A DNA stretch of 64,000 nucleotides from Epithemia pelagica (lineage: Eukaryota; Protista; Bacillariophyta): assembly GCA_946965045.2 (NCBI GenBank), contig OX337228.1, positions 2,418,001 to 2,482,000 on the forward strand. Reading direction: 5' to 3'. The notes under the pieces are model-generated. The model did no database searches, was not told the origin of the DNA, and saw only the letters and a program-made list of their open reading frames with translations. A program made the translations under genes and the position numbers. Shown here in pieces: positions 54,101 to 64,000 of the stretch (position 1 is its first letter; every line of letters starts with the position of its first letter).

Positions 54101-56227
54101 AGGGTTCAAAGATGACAACAACAGTTCCGTGGTTTCTTTTGGAAGCTCATCTTTATTCTTTTCCAGAAAGTTGGAAGAATCGTATTCAACAATCCCAGCA
54201 TAGTGATGAATCGAGAAACAAAACATGGCTTCTTGCTGCTTCGTAACGATAAATCTCGGGTGATCTCTACATTTTTCGTAAACGGCCAAGGCAAAGGACT
54301 TGTCTGTGCATCTTGCCAGTCGGCATTGCTCATCTAATACAGAAAGGATTCCATGGCGTTTCTTTTCGATCAGATCAAGGACATCTTGATTGTCAGGAAA
54401 AGTGATGAAAGACCAATCTATTCCTTCCCTCTCATACTCTTGTTGCTCCAATTTAAAAACAAACCGATTGAACTGTTGTTGCAGAGCTTCGTTGCAGTGG
54501 TTGATACAAAGCTGCTCAAAGCTATTGACTTCAAACGACTCAAAGCCGAAAATGTCCAAGACACCAATGGACGCTGATTCAGGTGTGTTACGGCTTTGCG
54601 ACGTAGGGGTTTGCTGTGCTTGAATTGACTCGTTGACCCGTCGAACAACATACTCAAAGAGTGCCCCATACGTTGCCTTCATGAGCGCCTCCACCGCTTT
54701 GTGTGCCTTTTCAATCGACAGATTCTTATAAAGTCGTTCAGAATTCACTTCCATCAGAACCTGACACAAGGCTCCGTTCAAGGCATCAACGCTCACCCCT
54801 AACAGAGCAAGAGCCGCTCGTAAGCTCGGATTGTCTCGATCCAAGGCAGAAGAATCTTCGGCGTCAGATGGAACAAAAGTTAAATTTGACGTATGTAACA
54901 GTGCACACGCAACTGTGAAAAGGTTCGTTTGCTCGTCTGCCGAGAACCCCACCGTATCCAGGGCGGACCTTAACTCACGGTATGTTTCACGGTCTGAGAC
55001 TCCATCTCGGCGGTCGAAGGTCCCAGATTCCGATGTCATTCGAAACGATTCGACCGTTGCTGTTGCAATTCGCAGCCGTTTGCGATCCTTTTGTGGGAGT
55101 GCCGCGAGAATCTCGTAGAACACATGGTAGTTCCGCTCTCCCGGACATTGGGATATCAGTCGTACTTTCTCCAGAAGATAGGTTCGGATTGACGCGGATT
55201 TCAGTGACCCTAGCCTTGTATCGAACCGTATTTCGATGAATTTTCCAAATCTGGAGGAGTTATCGTTTCTGACGGTTCGAGCGTTCCCAAAGGATTCCAA
55301 AATTGGGTTGGATTGTAGCACCTGTGATTCTATTGAAACACGTGAGGCTTCGCCCTGTTTATTTCTTTCAGTCCGCTGCGATAAGGTTGCAAGATATCTC
55401 ATGACAACCTTGGTTGTAACAGTTTTTCCAGCTCCTGATTCCCCCGAAACTAGGATGGATTGGTTTAGATTCGAACGAATCATTGACCTGTACGCGTCTT
55501 CAGCAATCGCGTAGATATGAGGTGGAGGTCTCTCGCTGTAGTCTTGTCGCCAGTATTGTTGCATCACATCATCCCCATAAAGATTGCTGAGTGCTTGAAA
55601 AGGGTTGAGCGCCAGGAGGATTTTTCCTGTGTACGTGTAGATGTGCTCTGCCTCATATCGATGTCGTAAGCAAAAAACTACGGCTGGTTCATGGAGTTGT
55701 TCCAGCATGGTAAGATCTGATGGAGGCTCAGGAGACTCTCGTTGTGACCACCACGCATTTGCAGTACAGACTTTTGTGTAGTCCGATGTGTTGTAGGAAA
55801 AGGACACGGATGCATTTTGCAGGTGTGGTGGAGCGAAGTCACAATCGTTCACGGTCAATGTGATCGACACGGTCGAATCGGGTGCGCCTGGAGATCCGAC
55901 ACGGCTTGAGAGACCGCCTGGTGACGGTCTGCTCAGAGCAGGAGAGTTGGTTATTTTTCGTAGTTTGATATCATATGGGGATTTTAAGGATGATTGACAT
56001 GGGTCGGGTCCTTTGCCCTTCAACGGTGTAGAGACCGGTGTGGTTGATGCTGTATGTACACTCGCTCGACACCAACCCCATTCCGTATCTGTGGCCCGCG
56101 TCCGTTTACGAGGCCTCCAGCCATTTGGAAGAGATCCTCCCTGATCCAATATCGCTTCTACCAAGTCCGTTCGAACCCAAACATGAGTTCCATGCAAAGG
56201 CGCTCCTCCCTTTTTCATTGGAGCCAT
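51172..56227 (-). CDS. Unconventional myosin: motor, IQ repeats, coiled coil, ankyrin repeats, FYVE-like zinc finger; predicted intron 53516-53591
   Basis: GESGAGKT, LESFGNARTVRNDNSSRFGK, VLDIFGFE, PHYVRCLKPN, MQMGKTKVFLR after splicing, IQ motifs, GRTALHLAA/GETPLH ankyrins, WCMHC…HCRHCSRFVCGLC…VCVVC. Confidence 0.95.
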
Positions 56228-56672
56228 CAGTCACAGTTCCAACCTCTTGCAAGACTTTCTCGTCACCCCTTAAGACAACCGTGAATTCCACTGTCTCACA
56301 ACAACGGGCTTCAGTTTCTCGATCCTGTACGGTCAAAGAACGGCTTATATTAGTCTCGTTCTTTTTCTCTTTTGATTTTGTTTTAGGGCCTGCAATAATC
56401 GGTCTTGGGACGCTATGCTGTAAACACACACAAGCGTGGGTTCTTGTGCGCCATCCGTCGATGATCTCCTCGTCCTCGGCCTGTGAAATGGGTTGGCACG
56501 CGCTGGCGAAACACAGGAAACGTGTAGTTATTTTTGATTGGGACTTGTCGCGCTCGGATGCTCTATGGTCCAACGGCTGCCATCGCGCAACGATCCACTC
56601 CGCCCCACAAAACGCGAAGAAATAATATCTAGCCAGACACTAAAAGAGACAAAAACGATTAACGATTATAAT

Positions 56673-57578
56673 GGAGGAAAACGGTTTGACCTAAAATCCT
56701 AAAAATCCTATTCTTAGCCAATCAGATCGCTCCAAATCGTACGACGTTCAGACGCATTTGGCCTCCAGTTTAGGATTGAAAGGCCTCTTGTTTAGGACTT
56801 TCGATCGGTCATCTTCTGGAAGCAATCGAAAGTCCTAAACGAATCCTAAACGATTTGGAACCAAAATCTCCATCCAACGGGAATCTGCACTCCTTTCTCC
56901 TCTTTGTTGCCCTCTTGGCTATTTTCATCATCATCAGAGTCATTCTGCCCTGAGTGCCCAACACCTTCTTTCAAAGCAATATGATCCTTGATGTGCTTGG
57001 CTCGTACCACGGTATTAGGCGGGGTTGTTGCACCCGTTGGCTTCTTTCCCATGGACATCTTCTCAAACTTGCGCTTCACAGCGTTACCGTCCCGGCGATA
57101 CTTGCCGTTGGAAGCTTCGTAGAGTTCTCCTGCAGCCTCCTTCCACATGTCGTCGCCCGCGGGACAGAGTTCTTCAACGATCGTCAGCATGAGATCGGTC
57201 TCCTCTTTGCCCCACCTCGCGGATCCCCTCTTCCGACCCTTCTGCTTCTTTGGTTCGCCAGAATTCGTGTTGGCGTCTGCGGTTCCAGTAGGTTGGGGGT
57301 CTTGTTCTTGCGTCGACATCGTTCGGGATTCTTTTTGATTGCTGCTTCACTCTTGTGACGAGAACAAAAAAGTGATCGCATTGCCAAATTCTCGTTATGC
57401 TATGTGCGCATCTTGATTGGATTCGGAACCTGTATACAGATCAAGGTAGATGTGCTAGCTCCTACGCAGGTCAGACTACGAATAAGTTTAGGATAAAATG
57501 GGGGTCAACACGGTTTGTCCTAAAATCCTATTTGAGGGGGGAAGGAGTTTAGGAATTTAGGTCAAACCGTTTTCCTCC
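56673..57578. mobile_element. Non-autonomous PIF/Harbinger-like TIR DNA transposon (906 bp)
   Basis: 31-bp TIRs with one mismatch (GGAGGAAAACGGTTTGACCTAAA(A/T)TCCTAAA; 56673-56703, 57548-57578), 3-bp TSD AAT (56670-56672, 57579-57581), internal Myb/SANT-like ORF, no transposase. Confidence 0.85.
56846..57319 (-). CDS. Myb/SANT-like DNA-binding protein of the TIR element (157 aa, possibly C-terminally truncated)
   Basis: RWGKEETDLML…GDDMWKEAA…RDGNAVKRKFEKM…KPTG…P…VVRAKHI, the trihelix/Myb pattern typical of Harbinger second ORFs. Confidence 0.75.
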   Translation of the reverse strand: MSTQEQDPQPTGTADANTNSGEPKKQKGRKRGSARWGKEETDLMLTIVEELCPAGDDMWKEAAGELYEASNGKYRRDGNAVKRKFEKMSMGKKPTGATTPPNTVVRAKHIKDHIALKEGVGHSGQNDSDDDENSQEGNKEEKGVQIPVGWRFWFQIV

Positions 57579-57748
57579 AATATGACAATGAAGTTGGACA
57601 ACGGTGATTGACCACGTTGTCATGTAAGGAACTTAACACTCTGAACTAGACTACAATACACTTCCTTCTGTTGTCTTTACAAATATCCCGTAAGAGCCCG
57701 AAAGGTTACCTTGATTGAAGCAAGACAAGGATTTCATCCTGTGTAATT

Positions 57749-59693
57749 CTAGCCGCAAACTGAAGAATTGCCCCAACAGACAGAGACTCCACCGCCATAC
57801 TCTGTGCAGTTATCCGGGACACCCACACGTTCGCAGTCGACACACAAGACATCGATCATACCAAAATCGCTTCCTCGCTGTTCACAAACAGCGAGAGAAA
57901 GGTCACCAGTTAGGGCAGTCCTCTCGAGACGCAGATTTTCTAACGTTGACGTGGAATGGCAAAGCGGGAATGCACAAAAAAGTGTCAGAAAAGAGAACCA
58001 CTCTTCGGTAAACTAGGTGTTGCATTTCTCTTACCAAGATATGCTATGGTGTCAAAGACACTCGGTAGCTCTCCTCCAATACCAGTTCCCGCTACATCAA
58101 ATATCTGCAATGATACCGCATTCGCAACACTTGGATCAATAACGCCTGTGATATCCGTATCACGAAGGTTGATTTCCTTCAAGTTGGGGATCGTGTATAA
58201 TGGTGTGGGGATAATGCCTCTCAATCTAGTGGATTGGAGCTTGAGGCGCTCCAGATTCGAAAGGATGTTAATGGTACTAGGAAGCTCCATTTCAAGGTCC
58301 ACATTCCCATGTAATGACAAAATACGTAGCTCGGCAAGTTCAAATATTGCTGGAGACACAGACCCTGTCAATTCGTTCTCACTTACATCGAGATACGCTG
58401 GATTCAAGAAACACAATAATATCATTGTAAGGAGGCACATTAGGTCATAAACCGCAACGCGCTCATCCAGTGTCCAATGAAACGTACCGAGACCTGCAAT
58501 ATTTGCGAGTTCTGGAGGAATCGTCTTGGTCAGTTTATTCTTGGCAACGCGATATTGAATAAGATTGCTCAAAGTACCGTGACTATTTGGTATTGTGCCT
58601 TCAATTTGATTGTTGGTCAACAACAGAATCTCCAGAGCGGGGAAATTCTCGCTCGACAAAAAGTCTGGTAGAGTTCCGTTCATGTTGTTGTTTTCCAGGT
58701 TCAGCTCTTTGAGGTTCCTTAGAGATTTGAAATCCTCCGTAATGGGACCCTCCGTGAGTGCCTCCTTCAAATTCAGCTGGATCAAATTCGTCAATTGTCG
58801 TATTTCACTGGGGAACGTCCCTCGAAACAGCGTCCGATCGCGTTCACTGGGAAATTGGGATCCTATGCACACCACGACCGATTGACCATGAGACTCAACA
58901 TATCCTTGTGCCAGACGAAAGAAGTTGCAAAACCAAAATACGTACCAAAATTAAGACCCACCACAGACCCTTCAATACAATCAACTTGGTGCCAGTCACA
59001 CACATCATTGTTGGATAGCCAGCCAAACTGGTTGCGATTGAAGGGGCATTCAGGGTTGTTCCTATTGCAGTCCGACCAGTTTTCTCCGTCCATTTGAAAA
59101 TACATTGTAGCGAGAGTATAACGTTCCAAGAATCGCTGCTCCGGGCACTCAATGCCTTCCTGTTGGATATAATTATCCTCATCGACAATCCATAACAGCG
59201 CCCTCCATTCGGACGATCCTCGATCGTTGAAGGTATCGCGGCTAGTTAGACCGACATCATCGCTCAGACATTGAATGAACGGAGGAAGGCCACCATCTGT
59301 CGGTGTCGACGATGGAGATGCAGACGGTTGTTCCGTGGGAGAAAATGTGGGAGACGGTGTATTGGATCCGCCATTATCACTTCCAGCAACAATGGAAACT
59401 GGAACCACGATGGCTGCTACAACGACAAATGCACATATCACATAGGCAATAATGCGACGTTGTTTTTGTTTGGCCAAGAGCTCTTCTTCCTCTTCGGTTA
59501 GAATCAACTCAACATCGGTGGCATCCACAACCTCATTATCGGCGACATAGGCTTGAATCCCCTCTTCTCCACCATAGGTTTGTGCGTATTCGCCTTCCAC
59601 AATATCCTCGTCATCGGCCATCGGCCTTGCCGAGGAATCTCCCAAGCCTTCTTGTGTAATCTGATTTATTGGAATAAAGTGGTCGCTTTCCAT
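57749..59693 (-). CDS. Single-pass (type II) leucine-rich-repeat membrane protein; predicted introns 58863-58945, 58398-58487, 57940-58034
   Basis: Acidic N-terminus, TM, S/P/T linker, LERYTLATMYFQMDGENW and WLSNNDVCDWHQVDC cap, plant-type LRRs (LxLxxNxLxGxIP); all three introns are GT-AG and restore the frame. Confidence 0.88.
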
Positions 59694-59984
59694 TTTCTCT
59701 CCACAAAAAGATACTTCAGAGCAACTTTCGTGAGACCGCAACAACCACGAAGAACGAAGACGCACCTTTACAAGGATACCAGTTCGTCCTATCCCGGCAA
59801 AAATGTTTCTTTCAGGTGGTCAGACCGGGAATCGGTCATTCCCGCATGTAGGGGAAGTTCTGGGGGAATGAATGAGGTGGAGGGTCATTATCGTATACCA
59901 TCGTACTAAAGTGGCGGATCCATACATGTAGATCTAAGCTTAGTCTTTTAAGAACTTGCTTTTTGCCACGACGCGAATAAGTGA

Positions 59985-59999
59985 GTTTATCAGACCCAA
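59985..59999 (+). promoter_or_regulatory. Primer-binding site of the third element (tRNA-Ile(GAU)-like anticodon arm)
   Basis: GTTTATCAGACCCAA, identical to the outer-element PBS, 45 nt before the gag ATG. Confidence 0.7.
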
Positions 60000-60044
60000 C
60001 TGACTCTGACGAGAAAGACGATAAGAGAGAGTAGAAGCGAAGCG

Positions 60045-63000
60045 ATGACGACGACGACACGTTCGACGACGAGGAATGGTACGGCGAGTACCGCCAAGGG
60101 GAACCCGAAGGACGACGAACCTGGTTCAACCGGGGGAAGCGTGAAGGGAACTCCTCGGAATGGCGTTCCGGATGGTGTTTCAACCATGGGGACGGCCGCC
60201 CGTATGAACGGGATAGGAAGTCCTGGCGCAGGAGCCGGTGACTGGACCGGGGGAAATCCCGGAATGGCCAGTGCTCGCGGAGAGACTGGCGGCAGCGCTC
60301 GTGGTGGACACGGCGCTGGGGGCGCCGCAGGAGGCGCTGGCGAAGGTGCAGGAGGCACCGGAGGTGCAGGAGGTACTGGAGGTACCGGAGGCACAGGAGG
60401 AGGCGCAGGAGGCGCCGGAGGAGGCGCCGGTGGTGGCGCTGGAGGAGGCGCCGGAGAAGGCGCTGGAGGAGGCGCCGGAGGAGGCGCTGGTGGCGCCGGA
60501 GGAGGAGGCGGAGCCGGCGGTGGTGCCGGCGGTGGAGGCGGTGGTGGACATGGTGGAGGTCCGGGAGCAGGAATTCCCCTTCCCCTGTCGGCCGTTGGCC
60601 TTGCCCTTACCGTTTGTGGTGCGAACCCAACCGAAGTCATGGCACTTGAAGTTACGGAGAGGCTTAATACCCTCCAAGCATTCGGACGCATGTCCTCCGA
60701 AGATGTGTCGCAGCTTGCGTCGCGACTTGAAAAACGGAATCCCCCAGTAAGTATTCCCACGGGGGTTGTCCTCAACATTCAAGGACTATGCTTCTGGGCA
60801 GCACGTGCTCGTCGTCAAGGCCGGGTAGTACATGCGGGAGATTTTGATGCTTCGGCCCTAGCTAGCTCCTTAGATGACATGGAGATCGAGAACAACAAGG
60901 ACTCGTCTCCTGACATCAAGCCCGATATCCTCAAGGAGGACTCGTGGGAGGAGTGGAGCTTGGAGTTTCCTACGTACTTGTCTCATGTACTAGGTAAACA
61001 GAAAGCGGCTCTAGACTATGTTATCCGTCCTGAGTTGGAACCAGGGCATGTATTTGCCTCCACGAGGGAGCAAGAAATGTACAGCTACCCTTTGAGGGGG
61101 CCGTTCTATCGCGAAGATAACAGACAGGTGTTCCGGTTGCTGAGTGACCGGGTCAAGGACCAGCCGGCCACCTGGATCCAGCCGTTCCAGGCCCAGCAAG
61201 ACGGCCGTGGGGCGTGGCTAGCACTGGTCAACCACTATGATGGTGGTGGCCAGAAAGAGAAACGTATCATCAAGGCGGAAAACGTTTTGTCCAACCTGTT
61301 CTACAACAATGAACGTGTGTTCAGCTTCGATGCCTATTCGGCTCAGCTGTTGCGTGCCTTCCGCACTCTGGACTCAACCCCAAATCGTCGCATGCCATCC
61401 AACCAGGTAAAGGTTTTGTTGGATAATATCAAGATTTCTACGGCCGAGTTCGCCGTAATTAAAGGCCATGTCCGAAGCAACTTTCGGTCCGACCTTCATG
61501 CTGCCATCTCGTATATCTCCACCGAAGTCTCCGAATTGTTCCCGCAAGCGGTTCTTGGGGGGAGTAATCGTCAAGCCCGTCATCGGTTCATTTCCGAGGC
61601 AAACACACACGACAACAACCGCTCGCGTCACATCCAAGGATTGAGCCATTCGAATGGCATTTACACCATGTATGGTGTGGACGTGACCGACGTGATGCGG
61701 CGCTTCACCGACCAGGAAATGGCAACGCTTGGGACGACTGGACAACAGTACGTCTTCCAGGAACGTGCCAGGATTCGGGGACAACAAGGGGGAGGACGAT
61801 ACCCTGGCAGTCGCGGTGGCCGCGGCGGGGGACGTGGTCGGGGCGGTGGCGCCGGACGTGGCGCAGCGGGGAACGATGGCCGACGGGTTGCCGAGATCCA
61901 GACAGGAGACGAAAATCGGGAGCCGCAACGGGACGCCGGAGGAGCGGCACAGAACGACCGAGGGGGCACGAATGGTCGTCGATTCGGACCTGGGGCGTAT
62001 GGCACAGCAGATGGGGCTGGCGGTGATCGAGACGTTGGGATGATCACTTGCGGGCCCAAACGACAAGTCGGCAAGGTCGAGAAAGGTTGGTTGTTGGACC
62101 AATCGAAGACGGGGGAACCAGCCATGGGGCGCAACGAAATGGACACCATGGCGGACACATGTTGTGCCGGTATCAACTGGACGCTTGTGGAAACTACCGG
62201 TTTGGAATGCGCAGTGAATGATTTCGCTGGCAACCAGGTTGGTGAACAACACGTCCCGGTGGCGACTTGTGCCACCTTGATCCGTGAAGGCAAGACAGGA
62301 ATTGAGACAATTGTGATTGGACACCAGATGTTGTGGTTTGGATCCAAGCTAGATAAAACTCTGTTAAACCAAAACCAGATCCGACATGCCGGGCATACTG
62401 TCTGGGACGACCCAACCCGCCAGGGAGAAGAAGGATTTGGTATCTGGGCGGATGGTGTCATGATCCCGTTTCAAGTGAAAGGGACAGTCGTGTACTTCGA
62501 ATCACGCGCGCCGAGCCACCAAGAAATCGAAAGTTTGCCTCACATTGTGATCACGCGACAGGAATTGTGGGAGCCCAAGATGGTCGACCTGTCTCGCGTG
62601 GGTGCGAGCCTGTACGAAGACGCATATGCGCTGAGTATGGCCGAAATCGGCCGGGTCTCGAGCGTCCTCGACCCAGATGCCTTCAATCGGGCACTAGCAT
62701 CCGTGCAACAAGTGGAAACTGAAAGACACTCGGGAGTGTCGGCCGAGTCATTGAGTCGCAAATGGAAGGTAGGTCTCCAGACCGCGCGACAGACCCTCCG
62801 AGTGACCACCCAACAAGGCATCAGGACTGCCGTTGCACCTATCACGCGGCGGTATCGGGTAGACAATCTAGCCCTACACAGAAATCGCTTGCAGACAATG
62901 ATTTATACGGATACTCTATTTAGCAAGACCATGTCTTTGGCCGGGAATAAATGTGCCCAAGTGTTTACCGATGGTCGATTTACCGCGGTCTATCCCTTGA

Positions 63001-64000
63001 CGACCAAGGCACATGCCGGCCAAGCCCTTGCCGATTTCATCGACCAAGTGGGTGTCCCTGATCGCCTCACGGCGGATTTAGCGGGGGAACAAACAGGAGC
63101 GTCCACCATGTTCACCAAACTCACTCGATACCATCGAATCGACCTCCACTGGTCAGAAAAGGGCACGAGCAAGCAAAACCACAAGGCCGAGCGAGAAATT
63201 GGTCTCCTCAAGCAGCGGTGGCGCCGTCGCATGACCGATAAACAAGTCCCTAAGCGTCTTTGGGACTATGGCCTCGTATATGAGGCCGGTCTCCTCAGCC
63301 GAGTCGCCCGGGGACCAGACGGCCGTACCGGCTTGGAACGACTCACTGGGGAGACGCCCGATATCTCCGAATGGATCGACTTCCAGTTTTACAACCTGGT
63401 GTGGTATCATACTAACCAAAAGGCCGATGCCACGGAAGACCAATACCAGTTGGGGTACTGGCTGGGCATAGCACATCGCATCGGGAGTGACTTGTGCTAT
63501 TGGGTGTTGACGAAATCGGGCAAGGTTGTCGCCCGAACAACCGTGCAGCACGTGACCAAGGACGACCAGGAGAAGGAAGAAATCCGCGAGAAGATACGGG
63601 ATTTTAGGTTGATTGTTGAAAACAGATTAGATGATACCAATTTCACCGACGACGGGGACGGAAAGCCGGGGTATCTGGAGGACGTCGTCGAGGATGACGA
63701 CGCGACGGAAGGAAGACGGGGACTTGTCCCTACCGACGAAGAGTATGACCAAATGGTCCAGGAGGAGGCTCCTGATGCGGATGAGATAGAGAACGAGTAC
63801 GACGAGTACATCGGTTCCCAGATCCGCATGGATATTGGCGGAGAAGAGCTCATCGGCACCGTAATGAAGAGACAGAAGGGGTTAGACGGCAAGCCCATAG
63901 GTCGAAAGAATAAGAACCCCATCTTCGATACCCGTACTTACGAGGTGAAATTCCCGGGCGGGATAATCCATGAATATACGGCGAACGTGGTAGCGGAGAA
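60045..64000 (+). CDS. Gag-Pol polyprotein of the third element (partial; open to the window end)
   Basis: Manual translation from ATG 60045 found no stop: Gly-rich N-terminus, gag core (QDGRGAWLALVNHYDGGG), RGG tract, protease EMDTMADTCC, integrase YTDTLF…TADLAGE…QNHKAERE. Confidence 0.92.
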   Translation, partial: MTTTTRSTTRNGTASTAKGNPKDDEPGSTGGSVKGTPRNGVPDGVSTMGTAARMNGIGSPGAGAGDWTGGNPGMASARGETGGSARGGHGAGGAAGGAGEGAGGTGGAGGTGGTGGTGGGAGGAGGGAGGGAGGGAGEGAGGGAGGGAGGAGGGGGAGGGAGGGGGGGHGGGPGAGIPLPLSAVGLALTVCGANPTEVMALEVTERLNTLQAFGRMSSEDVSQLASRLEKRNPPVSIPTGVVLNIQGLCFWAARARRQGRVVHAGDFDASALASSLDDMEIENNKDSSPDIKPDILKEDSWEEWSLEFPTYLSHVLGKQKAALDYVIRPELEPGHVFASTREQEMYSYPLRGPFYREDNRQVFRLLSDRVKDQPATWIQPFQAQQDGRGAWLALVNHYDGGGQKEKRIIKAENVLSNLFYNNERVFSFDAYSAQLLRAFRTLDSTPNRRMPSNQVKVLLDNIKISTAEFAVIKGHVRSNFRSDLHAAISYISTEVSELFPQAVLGGSNRQARHRFISEANTHDNNRSRHIQGLSHSNGIYTMYGVDVTDVMRRFTDQEMATLGTTGQQYVFQERARIRGQQGGGRYPGSRGGRGGGRGRGGGAGRGAAGNDGRRVAEIQTGDENREPQRDAGGAAQNDRGGTNGRRFGPGAYGTADGAGGDRDVGMITCGPKRQVGKVEKGWLLDQSKTGEPAMGRNEMDTMADTCCAGINWTLVETTGLECAVNDFAGNQVGEQHVPVATCATLIREGKTGIETIVIGHQMLWFGSKLDKTLLNQNQIRHAGHTVWDDPTRQGEEGFGIWADGVMIPFQVKGTVVYFESRAPSHQEIESLPHIVITRQELWEPKMVDLSRVGASLYEDAYALSMAEIGRVSSVLDPDAFNRALASVQQVETERHSGVSAESLSRKWKVGLQTARQTLRVTTQQGIRTAVAPITRRYRVDNLALHRNRLQTMIYTDTLFSKTMSLAGNKCAQVFTDGRFTAVYPLTTKAHAGQALADFIDQVGVPDRLTADLAGEQTGASTMFTKLTRYHRIDLHWSEKGTSKQNHKAEREIGLLKQRWRRRMTDKQVPKRLWDYGLVYEAGLLSRVARGPDGRTGLERLTGETPDISEWIDFQFYNLVWYHTNQKADATEDQYQLGYWLGIAHRIGSDLCYWVLTKSGKVVARTTVQHVTKDDQEKEEIREKIRDFRLIVENRLDDTNFTDDGDGKPGYLEDVVEDDDATEGRRGLVPTDEEYDQMVQEEAPDADEIENEYDEYIGSQIRMDIGGEELIGTVMKRQKGLDGKPIGRKNKNPIFDTRTYEVKFPGGIIHEYTANVVAE
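60310..60560 (+). repeat. GGA-GGC-GCN low-complexity repeat encoding a Gly/Ala(Thr) tract at the Gag N-terminus
   Basis: Degenerate 9-12-bp units (GGAGGCGCC, GGAGGTACT) in the gag frame. Confidence 0.85.

Larger units (their letters stand above)
59847..64000 (+). mobile_element. Third Ty1/copia CoDi-like retrotransposon, 3' part outside the window; 5' boundary uncertain
   Basis: PBS 15-mer shared with the outer element (59985-59999) followed by an open gag-pol. The start coordinate is only a candidate TG, because the 3' LTR is not visible. Confidence 0.8.

Noticed and set aside
56691-57560. TTTAGG motifs as an interstitial telomere
   Set aside because: They are dispersed, in both orientations, and confined to the subterminal regions of a TIR element rather than tandem.
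58398-58487. Hydrophobic insert within the LRR ORF suggesting a second TM helix
   Set aside because: It is a 90-bp stop-free GT-AG intron; removing it restores the LRR register.
59780-59984. Exact 5' LTR of the third element
   Set aside because: It cannot be delimited without the 3' LTR. The candidate TG at 59847 is unverified and the base pair before the PBS is GA, not CA.
59990-60778. 262-aa poly-Pro ORF on the minus strand, and the overlapping 170- and 200-aa ORFs
   Set aside because: These are antisense or off-frame shadows of the Gly-rich gag repeat; GC-rich repeats lack stops.

Overview
Gene-dense eukaryotic DNA with short GT-AG introns, most likely from a diatom. This is inferred from CoDi-like Ty1/copia elements and ASAF-type plastid presequences. 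There are about 22 host genes: DCP2, a DENND4-like GEF, a glycosyltransferase, organellar PheRS, cystatin, sulfotransferase, glutathionyl-hydroquinone reductase, a PAQR protein, a U2AF2-like protein, a TFIIA-gamma-like protein, AP4S1, a PPP4R2-like protein, CSL4, a DIX+J-domain auxilin-like protein, an RNB exoribonuclease, an ankyrin/FYVE myosin, an LRR membrane protein and several hypotheticals. There are also four mobile elements. (1) An outer copia element (9481-24296, minus strand) has 133-bp LTRs. (2) A younger copia element (15089-23472) with identical 783-bp LTRs and a 5-bp TSD sits inside the outer gag. (3) A 906-bp Harbinger-like TIR element carries only a Myb/SANT ORF. (4) A third copia element runs off the window end. 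The most unusual signals are in the retroelements. Their primer-binding sites match tRNA anticodon stem-loops (Asn-GUU and Ile-GAU half-tRNA priming). The outer gag and pol are in frame and separated by a single UGA. The outer LTR termini read CA...TG with an apparent 4-bp TSD. The inner element has an extra 259-aa ORF and a repeat-rich spacer upstream of gag-pol. All calls come from manual reading and motif recognition; no database searches were run. Intron positions and start codons are predictions.
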